The notes under the pieces are model-generated. The model was not told where the DNA came from. It saw only the letters and a program-made list of their open reading frames with translations, and searched no databases. Shown one piece after another: positions 8,728-18,085 of a stretch of 64,000 bases of DNA (within the stretch, counting starts at the first letter, position 1; each line of letters starts with the position of its first letter). Source of the stretch: an uncultured beta proteobacterium (GTDB lineage: Bacteria > Pseudomonadota > Gammaproteobacteria > Burkholderiales > Casimicrobiaceae); contig CAWFMK010000002.1 of the NCBI GenBank assembly GCA_963816915.1, forward strand, positions 280,426 to 344,425. The letters are read 5' to 3'. A program made the position numbers and the translations under genes.

Positions 8728-9480
8728 TCAGAACATGTGCTGACCGCCGTTGATCGCGATGTTGGCGCCGGTGACAAACGCGGCTTCCTCGCTGGCCAGA
8801 TAGGCGACGAGTCCTGCGATCTCGTCGGGCTTGCCTAGCCTGCCCATGGGAATCTGCGGAATGATCTTGGAATCCAGCACTTCCTGAGGGATCGCCATCA
8901 CCATCTTGGTGCCGATGTAGCCCGGCGAAATGGTATTCACGGTGACGCCCTTCCTCGCGACCTCGAGTGCAAGCGCCTTGGTAAAGCCATGCATCCCGGC
9001 CTTGGCCGCGGAATAGTTGACCTGACCGAACGCGCCCTTCTGCCCATTCACCGACGAGATGTTGATGATGCGGCCCCAGCCGCGATCGACCATTCCGTCG
9101 CACACCTGCTTGGTCATGTTGAAGCATGAATCGAGATTGGTCTTGATGACCGCGTCCCAGTTGGCCTTGTCCATTTTCTTGAACGTCATGTCGCGCGTGA
9201 TGCCCGCGTTATTGACGAGCACATCCACCGGGCCGACCTCTTTGACCACCTGCGCGACCGACGCGACGCAGGATGGCCAGTCGACGACGTCGCAGGGGTA
9301 GGCGTGGAAATTGCGGCCCTGCTTGTTCATCGTCGCCAGCCATTCCTGCGCCTTGGTGTTGCCGGGAGAATGCGTAGTGACGACCGTGTAACCCAGCGCC
9401 GCGAGCTTGACGCAGATTGCTTCGCCGAGTCCTCCCATTCCACCGGTAACCAGCGCCACGCGGTGCTTGTCCTGTGCCAT
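8728..9480 (-). CDS. phaB: Acetoacetyl-CoA reductase (NADPH), SDR family
   Basis: VALVTGGMGGLG Rossmann motif, NNAGI, catalytic YSAAK. Full-length similarity to PhaB. Last gene of the phaC-phaA-phaB order. Confidence 0.9.
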   Translation of the reverse strand: MAQDKHRVALVTGGMGGLGEAICVKLAALGYTVVTTHSPGNTKAQEWLATMNKQGRNFHAYPCDVVDWPSCVASVAQVVKEVGPVDVLVNNAGITRDMTFKKMDKANWDAVIKTNLDSCFNMTKQVCDGMVDRGWGRIINISSVNGQKGAFGQVNYSAAKAGMHGFTKALALEVARKGVTVNTISPGYIGTKMVMAIPQEVLDSKIIPQIPMGRLGKPDEIAGLVAYLASEEAAFVTGANIAINGGQHMF

Positions 9481-9520
9481 GTTCTCGCTCCTTGGTTTGA
9501 ATTTATTGTCGGTGTTCGAT

Positions 9521-10699
9521 TCAGCGCTCGACCGCGAGCGCGACGCCCATGCCGCCTCCGATGCACAGCGAGGCCAATCCTTTTTTTGCGTCGCGGCGCG
9601 CCATCTCGTGCAGCAGCGTCACCAGCACGCGGCAGCCCGACGCGCCGATGGGGTGCCCGAGCGCGATCGCGCCGCCATTGACATTGATCTTGCTCGTGTC
9701 CCAACCCATTTCCTTGTTGACCGCGCACGCCTGCGCAGCGAACGCCTCGTTGATCTCCATGAGATCGAGGTCGCCAGGCTTCCAGCCCGCTTTCTCGAGC
9801 GCGCGCCGTGACGCCGGCACCGGGCCCATGCCCATGATCGCCGGATCGACGCCTGACGAGGCGAACGCCTTGATGCGCGCCAGCGGCTTGAGTCCCAGTG
9901 CGGCCGCGCGCTCGGCGCTCATCACCACCACCGCGGCGGCGCCGTCGTTGAGGCCCGAAGCGTTGGCCGCGGTCACCGAGCCGTCCTTGGCGAAGGCCGG
10001 CCTCAGTCCGCTGACCGATTCTAGCGTCGTTCCGGCCTTGATGAATTCGTCTGCCGCGAACGCGACCGGATCGCCCTTGCGCTGCGCAATCATGACCGGA
10101 ACGATCTCGTCCTTGAACTTGCCGGCTTTTTGCGCGGCTTCGGCCTTGTTCTGGCTGGCGACGGCGAATTCGTCCTGTTGCGAGCGGGCGATGGCATATT
10201 GCTTGGCGACGTTCTCGGCGGTCGTGCCCATGTGATACTGATTGTAGACGTCCCACAATCCGTCGACGATCATGCTGTCGATCAGCTTGGCGTCACCCAT
10301 TCGAAAGCCGTCGCGCGAGCCCTGGAGCACATGCGGCGACGCGCTCATGTTTTCCTGGCCGCCGGCGATGACGATGTCGGCATCCCCGCAGCGCACCGCC
10401 TGCGCCGCGAGCATTACCGCCTTGAGCCCCGAGCCGCAAACCTTATTGATGGTCATCGCCGGGATCGAGACCGGAAGTCCCGCCTTGATCAGCGCCTGCC
10501 GCGCGGGGTTCTGCCCGCTGCCCGCGGTCAGCACCTGGCCGAGGATGACCTCGGAGATCTGCTCGGGTTTGAGATTGGTTTTCGCGAGCAGCGCGCGGAT
10601 CACGGTGGCGCCCAATTCGGGAGCGGGCGTCTTGGCGAGCGTGCCGCCGAACTTGCCGATGCCAGTGCGCAGCGCGGCGACGATGACGATGTCAGTCAT
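9521..10699 (-). CDS. phaA: Acetyl-CoA acetyltransferase (beta-ketothiolase)
   Basis: [19 protein letters not shown]..., active-site [12 protein letters not shown]-terminal [12 protein letters not shown] at 10699 lies 7 nt after GGAGA. Confidence 0.9.
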   Translation of the reverse strand: MTDIVIVAALRTGIGKFGGTLAKTPAPELGATVIRALLAKTNLKPEQISEVILGQVLTAGSGQNPARQALIKAGLPVSIPAMTINKVCGSGLKAVMLAAQAVRCGDADIVIAGGQENMSASPHVLQGSRDGFRMGDAKLIDSMIVDGLWDVYNQYHMGTTAENVAKQYAIARSQQDEFAVASQNKAEAAQKAGKFKDEIVPVMIAQRKGDPVAFAADEFIKAGTTLESVSGLRPAFAKDGSVTAANASGLNDGAAAVVVMSAERAAALGLKPLARIKAFASSGVDPAIMGMGPVPASRRALEKAGWKPGDLDLMEINEAFAAQACAVNKEMGWDTSKINVNGGAIALGHPIGASGCRVLVTLLHEMARRDAKKGLASLCIGGGMGVALAVER

Positions 10700-10820
10700 T
10701 GAGTTCTCCATCAGGGTGGCTTTTCCGGGGACGTTGCTTGCGGAAACGTTTTGACGTCTATGGTAACGCAGCACCTCTAGCGTTGGGGCGCCGACCGCGA
10801 CTTGCAAGCCTCGCTCAGGC

Positions 10821-10850
10821 GCTCAGTTTCGCTCAGTTTCCCTCAGTTTC
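10821..10850. repeat. Three tandem 10-bp repeats (CTCAGTTTC+N) immediately after the phaC stop codon
   Basis: gctcagtttc gctcagtttc cctcagtttc, flanked by degenerate copies at 10811-10820 and 10851-10860. Confidence 0.8.
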
Positions 10851-10852
10851 GT

Positions 10853-12601
10853 TCAGTCGCTGGCTTCGCGCACGTAGGTGCCTGGCGCGGCTTCGAGTGA
10901 GGGGTAGCGGGCGTTGCCTTCCCTGGAGGGAGCGCGCCGGCGCGCTCCCTCGTGCCCGGCCAGCCACGCGCTCCAATGCGGCCACCAGCTGCCGTGATGG
11001 CTCTTTGCGCGGGCAAGCCAGTCATCGGGTTCCTCGGCGAGGAGTTCATTGGTCCAATAGTTGCGCCGGCCCTTGTCCGGCGGGTTGATCACACCGGCGA
11101 TGTGCCCGGATGCACCGAGCACGAAAACGACGTCGCGGCCGAGAAGCCCGGTGCTCCGATACGCGCTGCGCCAAGGAACGATGTGGTCCTCGCGCGAACT
11201 GTAGATGTAAGTCGGCATGGCGATGCGCCCGAGGTCGATCCTTTCGCCACACATCACCAGCGCGTTCGGCTCACGCAGCCGGTTATCGACGTACATCGTC
11301 GACAGGTACTCGAAGTACATCGGGCCGGGAAGGCTGGCCGAGTCGCCGTTCCAGTACAACAGGTCGAACGGCGGAGGCGTTTCGCCCTTGAGATAATTGC
11401 CGACCACGTAGTTCCACACTAGGTCGTTGGGGCGCAGGCTCGCGAAGGCGTTGGCGAGCTCGCTGCCGGCGACCCGCGAGCCCGCGCACAGCATCGGACG
11501 CCGCGCATCGAGCGCATCGCGGGAGATGTAGACGCCGATGTCGCCCGGGTCGGAGAAATCGAGCATGGTCGTGAGCAGCGTAAGGCTTGCCACGTGGCTC
11601 TCGTGGCGCGCGGCGAGCACCGCCAGCGCGCACGCCAGCAGCGTGCCGCCAACGCAGAATCCGAGCGCGTTCACGGTCTTGCTCGCGGCGATGTCGCGGG
11701 CCACGTCCAGCGCTGTCATGACGCCCTGGTCGAGATAATCGTCCCAGTGCAGCGTGCCCAGCGCGGACGGGACGTTACGCCACGACACCATGAACACCGT
11801 ATGCCCCTGCGCAACCGCATGGCGCACGAACGAATTCTCGGGCTTCAGGTCGAGAATGTAATACTTGTTGATGCACGGGGGAATGATCACCAGCGGACGG
11901 CGGTAGACCTCCGCTGTCGTCGCCTTGTACTGGATCAGTTCGATCAGCTCGTTGCGATAAACCACGCTGCCCGGCGTGATCGCGAGATTCACCCCGACCT
12001 CGAAGGCCGATTCGTCGCTCATCGCGATGCGTCCGCGCTGCGCGTCGGCCGCGAGATTGGAAAGCCCGCGCGCCAGCGACGCGCCCCCCGATTCGATCGC
12101 GCGCTTCAACGCGTCGGGATTGGTCGCCAGGAAATTGGATGGTGCGATGGCGTCGACGTATTGCTGGACGAGAAAATCGACGCGCTTGCGCGTTGTCTCG
12201 TCGGTCTGTGCAAGGCCCGCCAGCGCGCGAAGATATTCGGCGTAGAGCAGATAGCCGTCGCGCAGAAGCGCGAAGTATGGCTGCTCCTGCCATTCGCGCG
12301 ACGCAAAGCGGCGATCACGCGGGGCCGAACCCGCCGCCGGCGCACCTTGCGCCGCACGCAGCCACAAGGCCTCCATCCTGCGGTTGAATTGCTCGGTGAG
12401 CTGCGCCGCCGCCGACGGGTCGATCCAGATTGCGGGCACGGGCGTCGGCGTCGCGTGCCCGTCGACTGAAGCGTTCGCGGGGAGTGATGCCGATGCGGAG
12501 GCGAGCTGCGCCCACCACCCGCCCCACTGGATGCCAAGCTGCTGCCATTGTTCTTGCAGGCCGCTCCAGGGATCCGACGGAAGAGGGTCGGTGACCGCCA
12601 C
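10853..12601 (-). CDS. phaC: Class I poly(R)-hydroxyalkanoate synthase
   Basis: 582 aa with lipase-box GFCVGG. Conserved blocks LIQY.., NKYYILDL, SREDHIVPW. GTG start at 12601. Confidence 0.9.
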   Translation of the reverse strand: MAVTDPLPSDPWSGLQEQWQQLGIQWGGWWAQLASASASLPANASVDGHATPTPVPAIWIDPSAAAQLTEQFNRRMEALWLRAAQGAPAAGSAPRDRRFASREWQEQPYFALLRDGYLLYAEYLRALAGLAQTDETTRKRVDFLVQQYVDAIAPSNFLATNPDALKRAIESGGASLARGLSNLAADAQRGRIAMSDESAFEVGVNLAITPGSVVYRNELIELIQYKATTAEVYRRPLVIIPPCINKYYILDLKPENSFVRHAVAQGHTVFMVSWRNVPSALGTLHWDDYLDQGVMTALDVARDIAASKTVNALGFCVGGTLLACALAVLAARHESHVASLTLLTTMLDFSDPGDIGVYISRDALDARRPMLCAGSRVAGSELANAFASLRPNDLVWNYVVGNYLKGETPPPFDLLYWNGDSASLPGPMYFEYLSTMYVDNRLREPNALVMCGERIDLGRIAMPTYIYSSREDHIVPWRSAYRSTGLLGRDVVFVLGASGHIAGVINPPDKGRRNYWTNELLAEEPDDWLARAKSHHGSWWPHWSAWLAGHEGARRRAPSREGNARYPSLEAAPGTYVREASD

Positions 12602-12602
12602 C

Positions 12603-13382
12603 TCAATGCTCCAGCGCGGCGTGTGTGGCGGCGATGATGCCGATGCCGATGCCGATCAGCGCCAGCTGCAGCGCGGTCTGCGCGGGTGCCGGGTGGCGGT
12701 GCAAACTGGGGATGAGGTCGGCCACCGCGACGTAGAGCAGGCTCGCTGCGGCGAGCGCGAGCACCGTTGGCAGCACGTGCTGCATCGATGCCAGCGCGAA
12801 ATAGCCGACCAGCCCGCCGAGCAGCGTCGCCACTCCGGTGGTCAGGTTGTATGCGAAAGCGCGACGCCTCGTGTAGCCGGAATGCATCAGCACCGCAAAG
12901 TCGCCCACCTGCTGCGGAATCGCATGCGCGATGATGGCGAGCGCAGCGGTCGTGCCCAACGCGAAATCGGTGATGAAGGCGGCCGCGATGACGATGCCGT
13001 CGCAGAAATTGTGCACGCTGTTGCCGATCACGATCATCAGCCCCGAGCGGCCGTGATCGTTGCCGTGCGCGTGGGCAGCGCCGTCGTGCTCGTCCGTCTC
13101 GCCATGGCTGTGCCGCCATAGCACGAGCTTTTCGAGCAGGAAGAACAGCAGCAGACCGCCCAGCACCGTCGCCATGACGCCCCCGGTCGTGCCGCGCTCC
13201 AGCGCGTGCGGGAGCAGTTCCAGGAACACCGCACCCAGCAACGCTCCTACCGCGAAGCTCACCAGGCGTGAAATCCAGCGAGCGTGCAGCGCGAGCGTCC
13301 CGGCCGCGGCGACGATCGCGAGCAGGCCTCCGGAAAGACACGCGATCACGATGGCTGCGAGGACGGGAATCGTCGAATTCAT
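12603..13382 (-). CDS. ZIP family divalent metal (zinc) transporter
   Basis: Multi-TM protein with a His-rich loop (HSHGETDEHDGAAHAHGNDHG) and the ZIP signature HNFCDG...AIIAHAIPQQVGDF. Its stop codon is 1 nt from the phaC start. Confidence 0.8.
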   Translation of the reverse strand: MNSTIPVLAAIVIACLSGGLLAIVAAAGTLALHARWISRLVSFAVGALLGAVFLELLPHALERGTTGGVMATVLGGLLLFFLLEKLVLWRHSHGETDEHDGAAHAHGNDHGRSGLMIVIGNSVHNFCDGIVIAAAFITDFALGTTAALAIIAHAIPQQVGDFAVLMHSGYTRRRAFAYNLTTGVATLLGGLVGYFALASMQHVLPTVLALAAASLLYVAVADLIPSLHRHPAPAQTALQLALIGIGIGIIAATHAALEH

Positions 13383-13406
13383 GAGCGGGCCGCGGTCATT
13401 ATACGT

Positions 13407-14162
13407 TCACGTCTGATCACGCCAGATCAGCGTCGCCATGCGTCCCGCCGCGTCGGCGCCTCCGCGCCGGTACGAGTAGAAGCTCGCAGACTCGGTGAAG
13501 GTGCAGCGCGCTGCGCCGGAGACCTCGACGACACCGGCGCGCGCCAGGCGCCGTCTCGCGAGCACGTGCAGATCGGCGAACCACTTGCCGGGCTTGCCGG
13601 CGAAGAATGCCGTTGCCGCCTCGCCATCGAGATCGCAGAACGCGGCGTGCACCTCGTCACCGACCTCGAACGCGGACGCGCCAATCGATGGCCCTATCCA
13701 GGCGACCACTTGGTCGGGCGCGATGCGCATCGAAACCACGGTCGCTTCAAGAACGCCGGCCGCGAGACCGCGCCACCCCGCGTGCGCGGCCGCGACGACG
13801 CTGCCATCGCGGGCTGCGAACAGCACCGGCAGGCAGTCACCCGACAGGATCGCGCAGACCTTGCCCGCGGTGCGCGCGACCGCGGCATCGGCGCGCGGCG
13901 ACTGCGCATGCATCTCATCCGCGTCGACGACGCGCGTACCGTGCTGTTGCGCGAGCCACAGCGGCTCGGCCGGAATGAAGCGCCGCAGCGACTCCCGCGC
14001 CTGATCGATCGCGGGACTCGCCGGGGCGAGATCGATGCTACGCCCGATGCCTGCGTTACGCGTAGTCGAAAGCGCGTGCACCGATGACGGCGCTGGCCAC
14101 TGAGGCACGATCCAGTCGAGCCCGGCGTGCGCCAGCCGCTGCGTCAGGGCACTGTCGCTCAT
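13407..14162 (-). CDS. pgeF: Peptidoglycan editing factor PgeF (YfiH / laccase-domain protein)
   Basis: Conserved TADCLPVL-type block (SGDCLPVLFA), HAGWRG, and C..SYRR at the C-terminus. ATGA overlap with the rluD stop. E. coli-like rluD-yfiH synteny. Confidence 0.85.
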   Translation of the reverse strand: MSDSALTQRLAHAGLDWIVPQWPAPSSVHALSTTRNAGIGRSIDLAPASPAIDQARESLRRFIPAEPLWLAQQHGTRVVDADEMHAQSPRADAAVARTAGKVCAILSGDCLPVLFAARDGSVVAAAHAGWRGLAAGVLEATVVSMRIAPDQVVAWIGPSIGASAFEVGDEVHAAFCDLDGEAATAFFAGKPGKWFADLHVLARRRLARAGVVEVSGAARCTFTESASFYSYRRGGADAAGRMATLIWRDQT

Positions 14163-15121
14163 TGCGCCGGCGCAGCAGGTCGCATGCGTAATCGTTCGAG
14201 CAATGTGGCGAAATCCGCGGGCAACCTCGACTCCCACTGCATTTGTGCGCCGGTCACTGGATGCACCAGCCCGAGCTTCCACGCATGCAATCCCTGGCGG
14301 TGAAATACGATGGCGCGCGCGCGCCCGTACGTAGGATCGCCGACGAGTGGATGTCCGATCGAAGCGAGATGCACGCGGATCTGATGGGTGCGCCCGGTTT
14401 CGAGACGGCACGCGAGCAGCGTGCAATCGCCGAAGCGCTCGCGAATCTGGTAGTGCGTGACCGCATGCTTGCCCGCTGGAACCACCGCCATCGAGGTGCG
14501 CTTCACCGGATGGCGTCCGATCGGCGCGTCAACGCTGCCGGCACGCGCGACGTCGCCCGCCGCCAGCGCGAGGTATTCGCGGTGGACGGTGCGAGCCTGC
14601 AGTTGTCGCACCAGCGCGGTTTGCGCGGTGTCGGTCTTGGCGACGACGAGCAGGCCGCTGGTGTCCTTGTCGAGTCGATGCACGATGCCGGCACGCGCCA
14701 CGTGCGCGAGCGACGGCGCGTGATGCAGCAGCGCGTTGGCGAGTGTTCCTTCCCAATTGCCGCTGCCCGGGTGCACCACGAGGCCGGCCGGCTTGTCGAC
14801 CACCAGAAGCGCGTCGTCCTCGTAGACGATGTCGAGCGGAATCGCCTGAGCGACGAAGGCGGTGGTCATCGGATCGGGAAGGGGCGTGACCATGAGCCGC
14901 TCACCGCCGTCGAGCCTGCGCCGCGCATCCACCGCCACGCTGTCCAGGGTGACGCGTCCGGCATCGATCCACGAGCGGATGCGCGTGCGCGAGTGCGCGT
15001 TCAGCAGACGCGCCAGCGCCTGGTCGACGCGCATGCCGCTGCACGAGGCCGGCACCTCGACCGCGATGGTTTCGGCTGCTGTGGCGCCCTCCGGAGCTGC
15101 GTTATAATCAATCGCTACCAA
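14159..15121 (-). CDS. rluD: 23S rRNA pseudouridine(1911/1915/1917) synthase RluD
   Basis: S4 domain followed by LDIVYEDDALLVVDKPAGLVVHP, HRLDKDTSGLLVVAKT and TGRTHQIRVH. TTG start proposed at 15121 (the first in-frame ATG is at MRVDQ, 29 codons downstream). Divergent from bamD, as in E. coli. Confidence 0.85.
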   Translation of the reverse strand: MVAIDYNAAPEGATAAETIAVEVPASCSGMRVDQALARLLNAHSRTRIRSWIDAGRVTLDSVAVDARRRLDGGERLMVTPLPDPMTTAFVAQAIPLDIVYEDDALLVVDKPAGLVVHPGSGNWEGTLANALLHHAPSLAHVARAGIVHRLDKDTSGLLVVAKTDTAQTALVRQLQARTVHREYLALAAGDVARAGSVDAPIGRHPVKRTSMAVVPAGKHAVTHYQIRERFGDCTLLACRLETGRTHQIRVHLASIGHPLVGDPTYGRARAIVFHRQGLHAWKLGLVHPVTGAQMQWESRLPADFATLLERLRMRPAAPAQ

Positions 15122-15139
15122 GGATTCGGAAATCGCGCA

Positions 15140-16027
15140 ATGGCAATGAGATCGCAATTTTTTCGGATGGGAGCAGTGCTGGTCGCCGTATCGCTGATCG
15201 CCGGTTGCAGCTGGCTGCCAGAGGTGAAGGATGAAACCGCGAACTGGTCGGTAGAGAAACTTTACGACGAGGCGCACGGTTCGATGGTGACGGGAAATTA
15301 TACGCGCGCGGTCAAGCTGTTCGACACGCTCGAAGGACGCTTTCCCTACGGCAGGCACGCGCAGCAGGCGATTCTCGAGGGCGCGTATTCGAACTACCGC
15401 ATGGGCGAGACCGCGGCGGCGGTCGCCTCCTGTGATCGCTTCATACGCACGTATCCGAACAACTCGAGCGTCGACTACGCCTACTATCTGAAAGGCCTGG
15501 TCAACTTCCGCGAGGACCAGGGGATTTTCGGGTACGTCGTCGAGCAGGATCTGTCGGAGCGCGACCCGAAGATGACGCGCGAATCGTTTGCCGCTTTCAG
15601 GGAGCTGATCACGAAATTCCCCGAAAGCCGCTACGCGTCCGACTCGGTGGAGCGCATGCGCTATCTGACCAACGCCCTGGCCATGTACGAGGTGCATGTG
15701 GGTCGCTATTACTACGGCCGGGGCGCGTATCTGGCCGCGGTCAATCGCGCCGCGGCCACGGTCACGGGGTATCCGCAGACGCCGGCCAACGAGGACGCCC
15801 TGATCCTGATGGTGCAGGGCTACGACAAGCTGGGCATGCCGCAGTTGCGCGACGATGCGCGTCGCGTGCTCGTGAAGAGCTTCCCCAACAGCGCCTTTCT
15901 GAGCACCGGCCGCGTAAAGCCGTGGTGGAAGTTCTGGCAGTCCGACGAGGCGGTGCAATTGCTCGAGCACGACACCGTGCCCAAATCGCAGGATAACGCC
16001 GGACCGCCGCCCCCGAGTACGAACTAG
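15140..16027 (+). CDS. bamD: Outer membrane protein assembly factor BamD (lipoprotein)
   Basis: Lipobox SLIAGC. TPR-like content (LYDEA...GNYTRAVKLFDTLEGRFPYGRHAQQA..., YPNNSSVDYAYYLKG). The upstream part of the 14243-16027 ORF is antisense to rluD and was discarded. Confidence 0.85.
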   Translation: MAMRSQFFRMGAVLVAVSLIAGCSWLPEVKDETANWSVEKLYDEAHGSMVTGNYTRAVKLFDTLEGRFPYGRHAQQAILEGAYSNYRMGETAAAVASCDRFIRTYPNNSSVDYAYYLKGLVNFREDQGIFGYVVEQDLSERDPKMTRESFAAFRELITKFPESRYASDSVERMRYLTNALAMYEVHVGRYYYGRGAYLAAVNRAAATVTGYPQTPANEDALILMVQGYDKLGMPQLRDDARRVLVKSFPNSAFLSTGRVKPWWKFWQSDEAVQLLEHDTVPKSQDNAGPPPPSTN

Positions 16028-16030
16028 CCT

Positions 16031-17983
16031 CTAAGTCGGCACTGCGCTCGGCTCGCGGGCGCCGAAGAATGCGATGACATCGTTGAGCTCGCGTGAGCGT
16101 CGCATGGGCGGCAGCGCCTGCCAGATGCGCCGGCCGTAAGGCCTGTCGATCAATCGGCGGTCACAGATCATCAGTACGCCGCGATCCGTTTCCGAGCGGA
16201 TAAGGCGACCCGCGCCCTGCTTGAGGTCGATCGCCGCCTGCGGCAGCTGATATTCCATGAACGGATTGCCGCCTTCGCGCGCGATGTGCTCGAGCCGCGC
16301 AGCGAACAGCGGGTCGTCGGGTGGCGCGAACGGCAGCTTGTCGATCACGACCAGCGACAGCGCGTCGCCAGGCACGTCGACACCTTCCCAGAAGCTTTGG
16401 CTGCCGAGCAATACCGCGTTGCCGAGCTTGCGGAATCGCGTGAGCAGTTCGGTGCGCGAGCCTTCGCCCTGCGTGAGCAGCGGAAAATCGAGCCCCCCAC
16501 GCCCGATCTCCGCCAGCAGCACGTCGCGCGCACGGCCAAGGGCACGATGCGTAGTGAACAACAGGAACGCACGACCACGACTCGCGCGCAGTACCGGCAT
16601 CGCGGCGGCGACCACCGCGTCGGTATGCTCGACGCTGTTCGGAGGTGGCAGATCGCGCGGCACATAGAGCAGCGCCTGGTTGGCGTAATCGAAGGGGCTT
16701 TCCCAGTACCCGGTCGCGGCGTCCTGCAGTCCTAGCTGGCGCTGATAGAGGTTGAAATCGCCGCCGATCGAGAGCGTGGCCGAGGTGAAGATCCATGCCC
16801 TCGCGGTGTCGGTCACCTGCCTGGAAAAAATCTCGGCGATCGACAGCGGCGAGGCGCGCAGATGCCATCCGGTCGCCGTCACGTCGAGCCAGCGCACCCA
16901 TTGCGGATCGTCGCGGTCGCGCCAGCGCGCGAGCTTGCGTGCAAGATCATCGACGCGCGCGCTGCACTGCTCCAGCTCGGCACTGCGCTCGCGCTGTCGC
17001 GTAAGCTCGGCGGCGAGCGCATCGATCGCCGCAGCGAGCAGGCCCAGTGCGTCCTCGAAGCCCGGCCGCTGCAGCACACTCGATGCCGGCCACTTGCCTG
17101 CCTGGTCGCCGGCCGCCAGGCGAAAGCGGCGCAGCGCCTGAACCAGCGCCTGGGCTGCTTCGGGCAGCGGGACGTAGTCGCGCGCGGCGCGCAGGCCCTC
17201 GGCCTCGGCATCGCGCGCGAGCTGGCCAATCTGCGCGGCGCTGAGCTCTTCGCCGAAAAACAGCGTTGCGGTGTCGGGCAGCTGGTGCGCTTCGTCGAGA
17301 ATGACGGTGTTGCACGCGGGAAGCAGCTCGGCAAGCCCTTCGTCGCGAAGCATCACATCGGCGAAGAAAAGATGATGGTTGACGACGACGACGTCAGCGG
17401 CAAGCGCCTGCCGCCGCGCGTTCAACACGAAGCATTCATCGTGATGCGCGCAGTTGCTGCCCAGGCAATTCTCCCGCGTCGACGTGACTTCGCTCCAGAT
17501 CGAAGCGTTTTCCGGGACATCGGCGAGCTCGCCCTTGTCGCCGGAAGTCGACGTCCGCGCGAAGCTCTCGATGCGGCGCAGGTGCACGATGTCGGCGCGC
17601 GTGGCCACCGTGCCGCCCGCGACGGTGCGCTTCAAGTGGTGATGGCAAACGTAGTTGGCTCGACCTTTGAGCAGCGCCACCGTCACGGGAACACCGAGCG
17701 CGTCGCGCACTAGCGGCAGGTCACGCTGGTAGAGCTGGTCCTGCAGTGTCTTGGTTCCCGTCGAGATGATGACCTTGCCGCCGGAGAACAGCGCAGGCAC
17801 GAGATAGGCGAGCGTCTTGCCGGTGCCGGTGCCCGCTTCGGCGATCAGCTGGCCTTGCGCACGGATCGCGTGCCCGATCGCTTCCGCCATGGCGAGCTGC
17901 TGGGGGCGCGCGCGGTACGCCGGCAGGGCTTTGGCGAACGGCCCCTCGGCGCCGAAAATCAGGGCGAGGTCGTGGGTATTCAT
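16031..17983 (-). CDS. ATP-dependent DNA helicase, DinG/YoaA (XPD-like, Fe-S) family
   Basis: Walker A AEAGTGTGKTLAYL, DEAHQL box, Cys cluster (C..C..C in YVCHHHL / CLGSNCAHHDEC), C-terminal helicase motifs. Confidence 0.85.
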   Translation of the reverse strand: MNTHDLALIFGAEGPFAKALPAYRARPQQLAMAEAIGHAIRAQGQLIAEAGTGTGKTLAYLVPALFSGGKVIISTGTKTLQDQLYQRDLPLVRDALGVPVTVALLKGRANYVCHHHLKRTVAGGTVATRADIVHLRRIESFARTSTSGDKGELADVPENASIWSEVTSTRENCLGSNCAHHDECFVLNARRQALAADVVVVNHHLFFADVMLRDEGLAELLPACNTVILDEAHQLPDTATLFFGEELSAAQIGQLARDAEAEGLRAARDYVPLPEAAQALVQALRRFRLAAGDQAGKWPASSVLQRPGFEDALGLLAAAIDALAAELTRQRERSAELEQCSARVDDLARKLARWRDRDDPQWVRWLDVTATGWHLRASPLSIAEIFSRQVTDTARAWIFTSATLSIGGDFNLYQRQLGLQDAATGYWESPFDYANQALLYVPRDLPPPNSVEHTDAVVAAAMPVLRASRGRAFLLFTTHRALGRARDVLLAEIGRGGLDFPLLTQGEGSRTELLTRFRKLGNAVLLGSQSFWEGVDVPGDALSLVVIDKLPFAPPDDPLFAARLEHIAREGGNPFMEYQLPQAAIDLKQGAGRLIRSETDRGVLMICDRRLIDRPYGRRIWQALPPMRRSRELNDVIAFFGAREPSAVPT

Positions 17984-18085
17984 CGAAATTCGCAGCTTCG
18001 CCGGCTCGCACAGGTGTCGCGCGCGCCCCGACCCCGGGGCATCCCCGTGCGGACGCGCGAATGCCGGCTGTGACCCGGCTGCCCG

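Noticed and set aside
14243-15139. N-terminal extensions of track ORFs (14243-16027 for bamD, 41761-43032 for exbB, 26423-28423 for the SBP, 61379-62200, 18086-18985, 13407-14426).
   Set aside because: The extended parts are antisense to neighbouring genes or have non-protein-like composition. Internal starts with signal peptides or RBSs give products of the expected family length.
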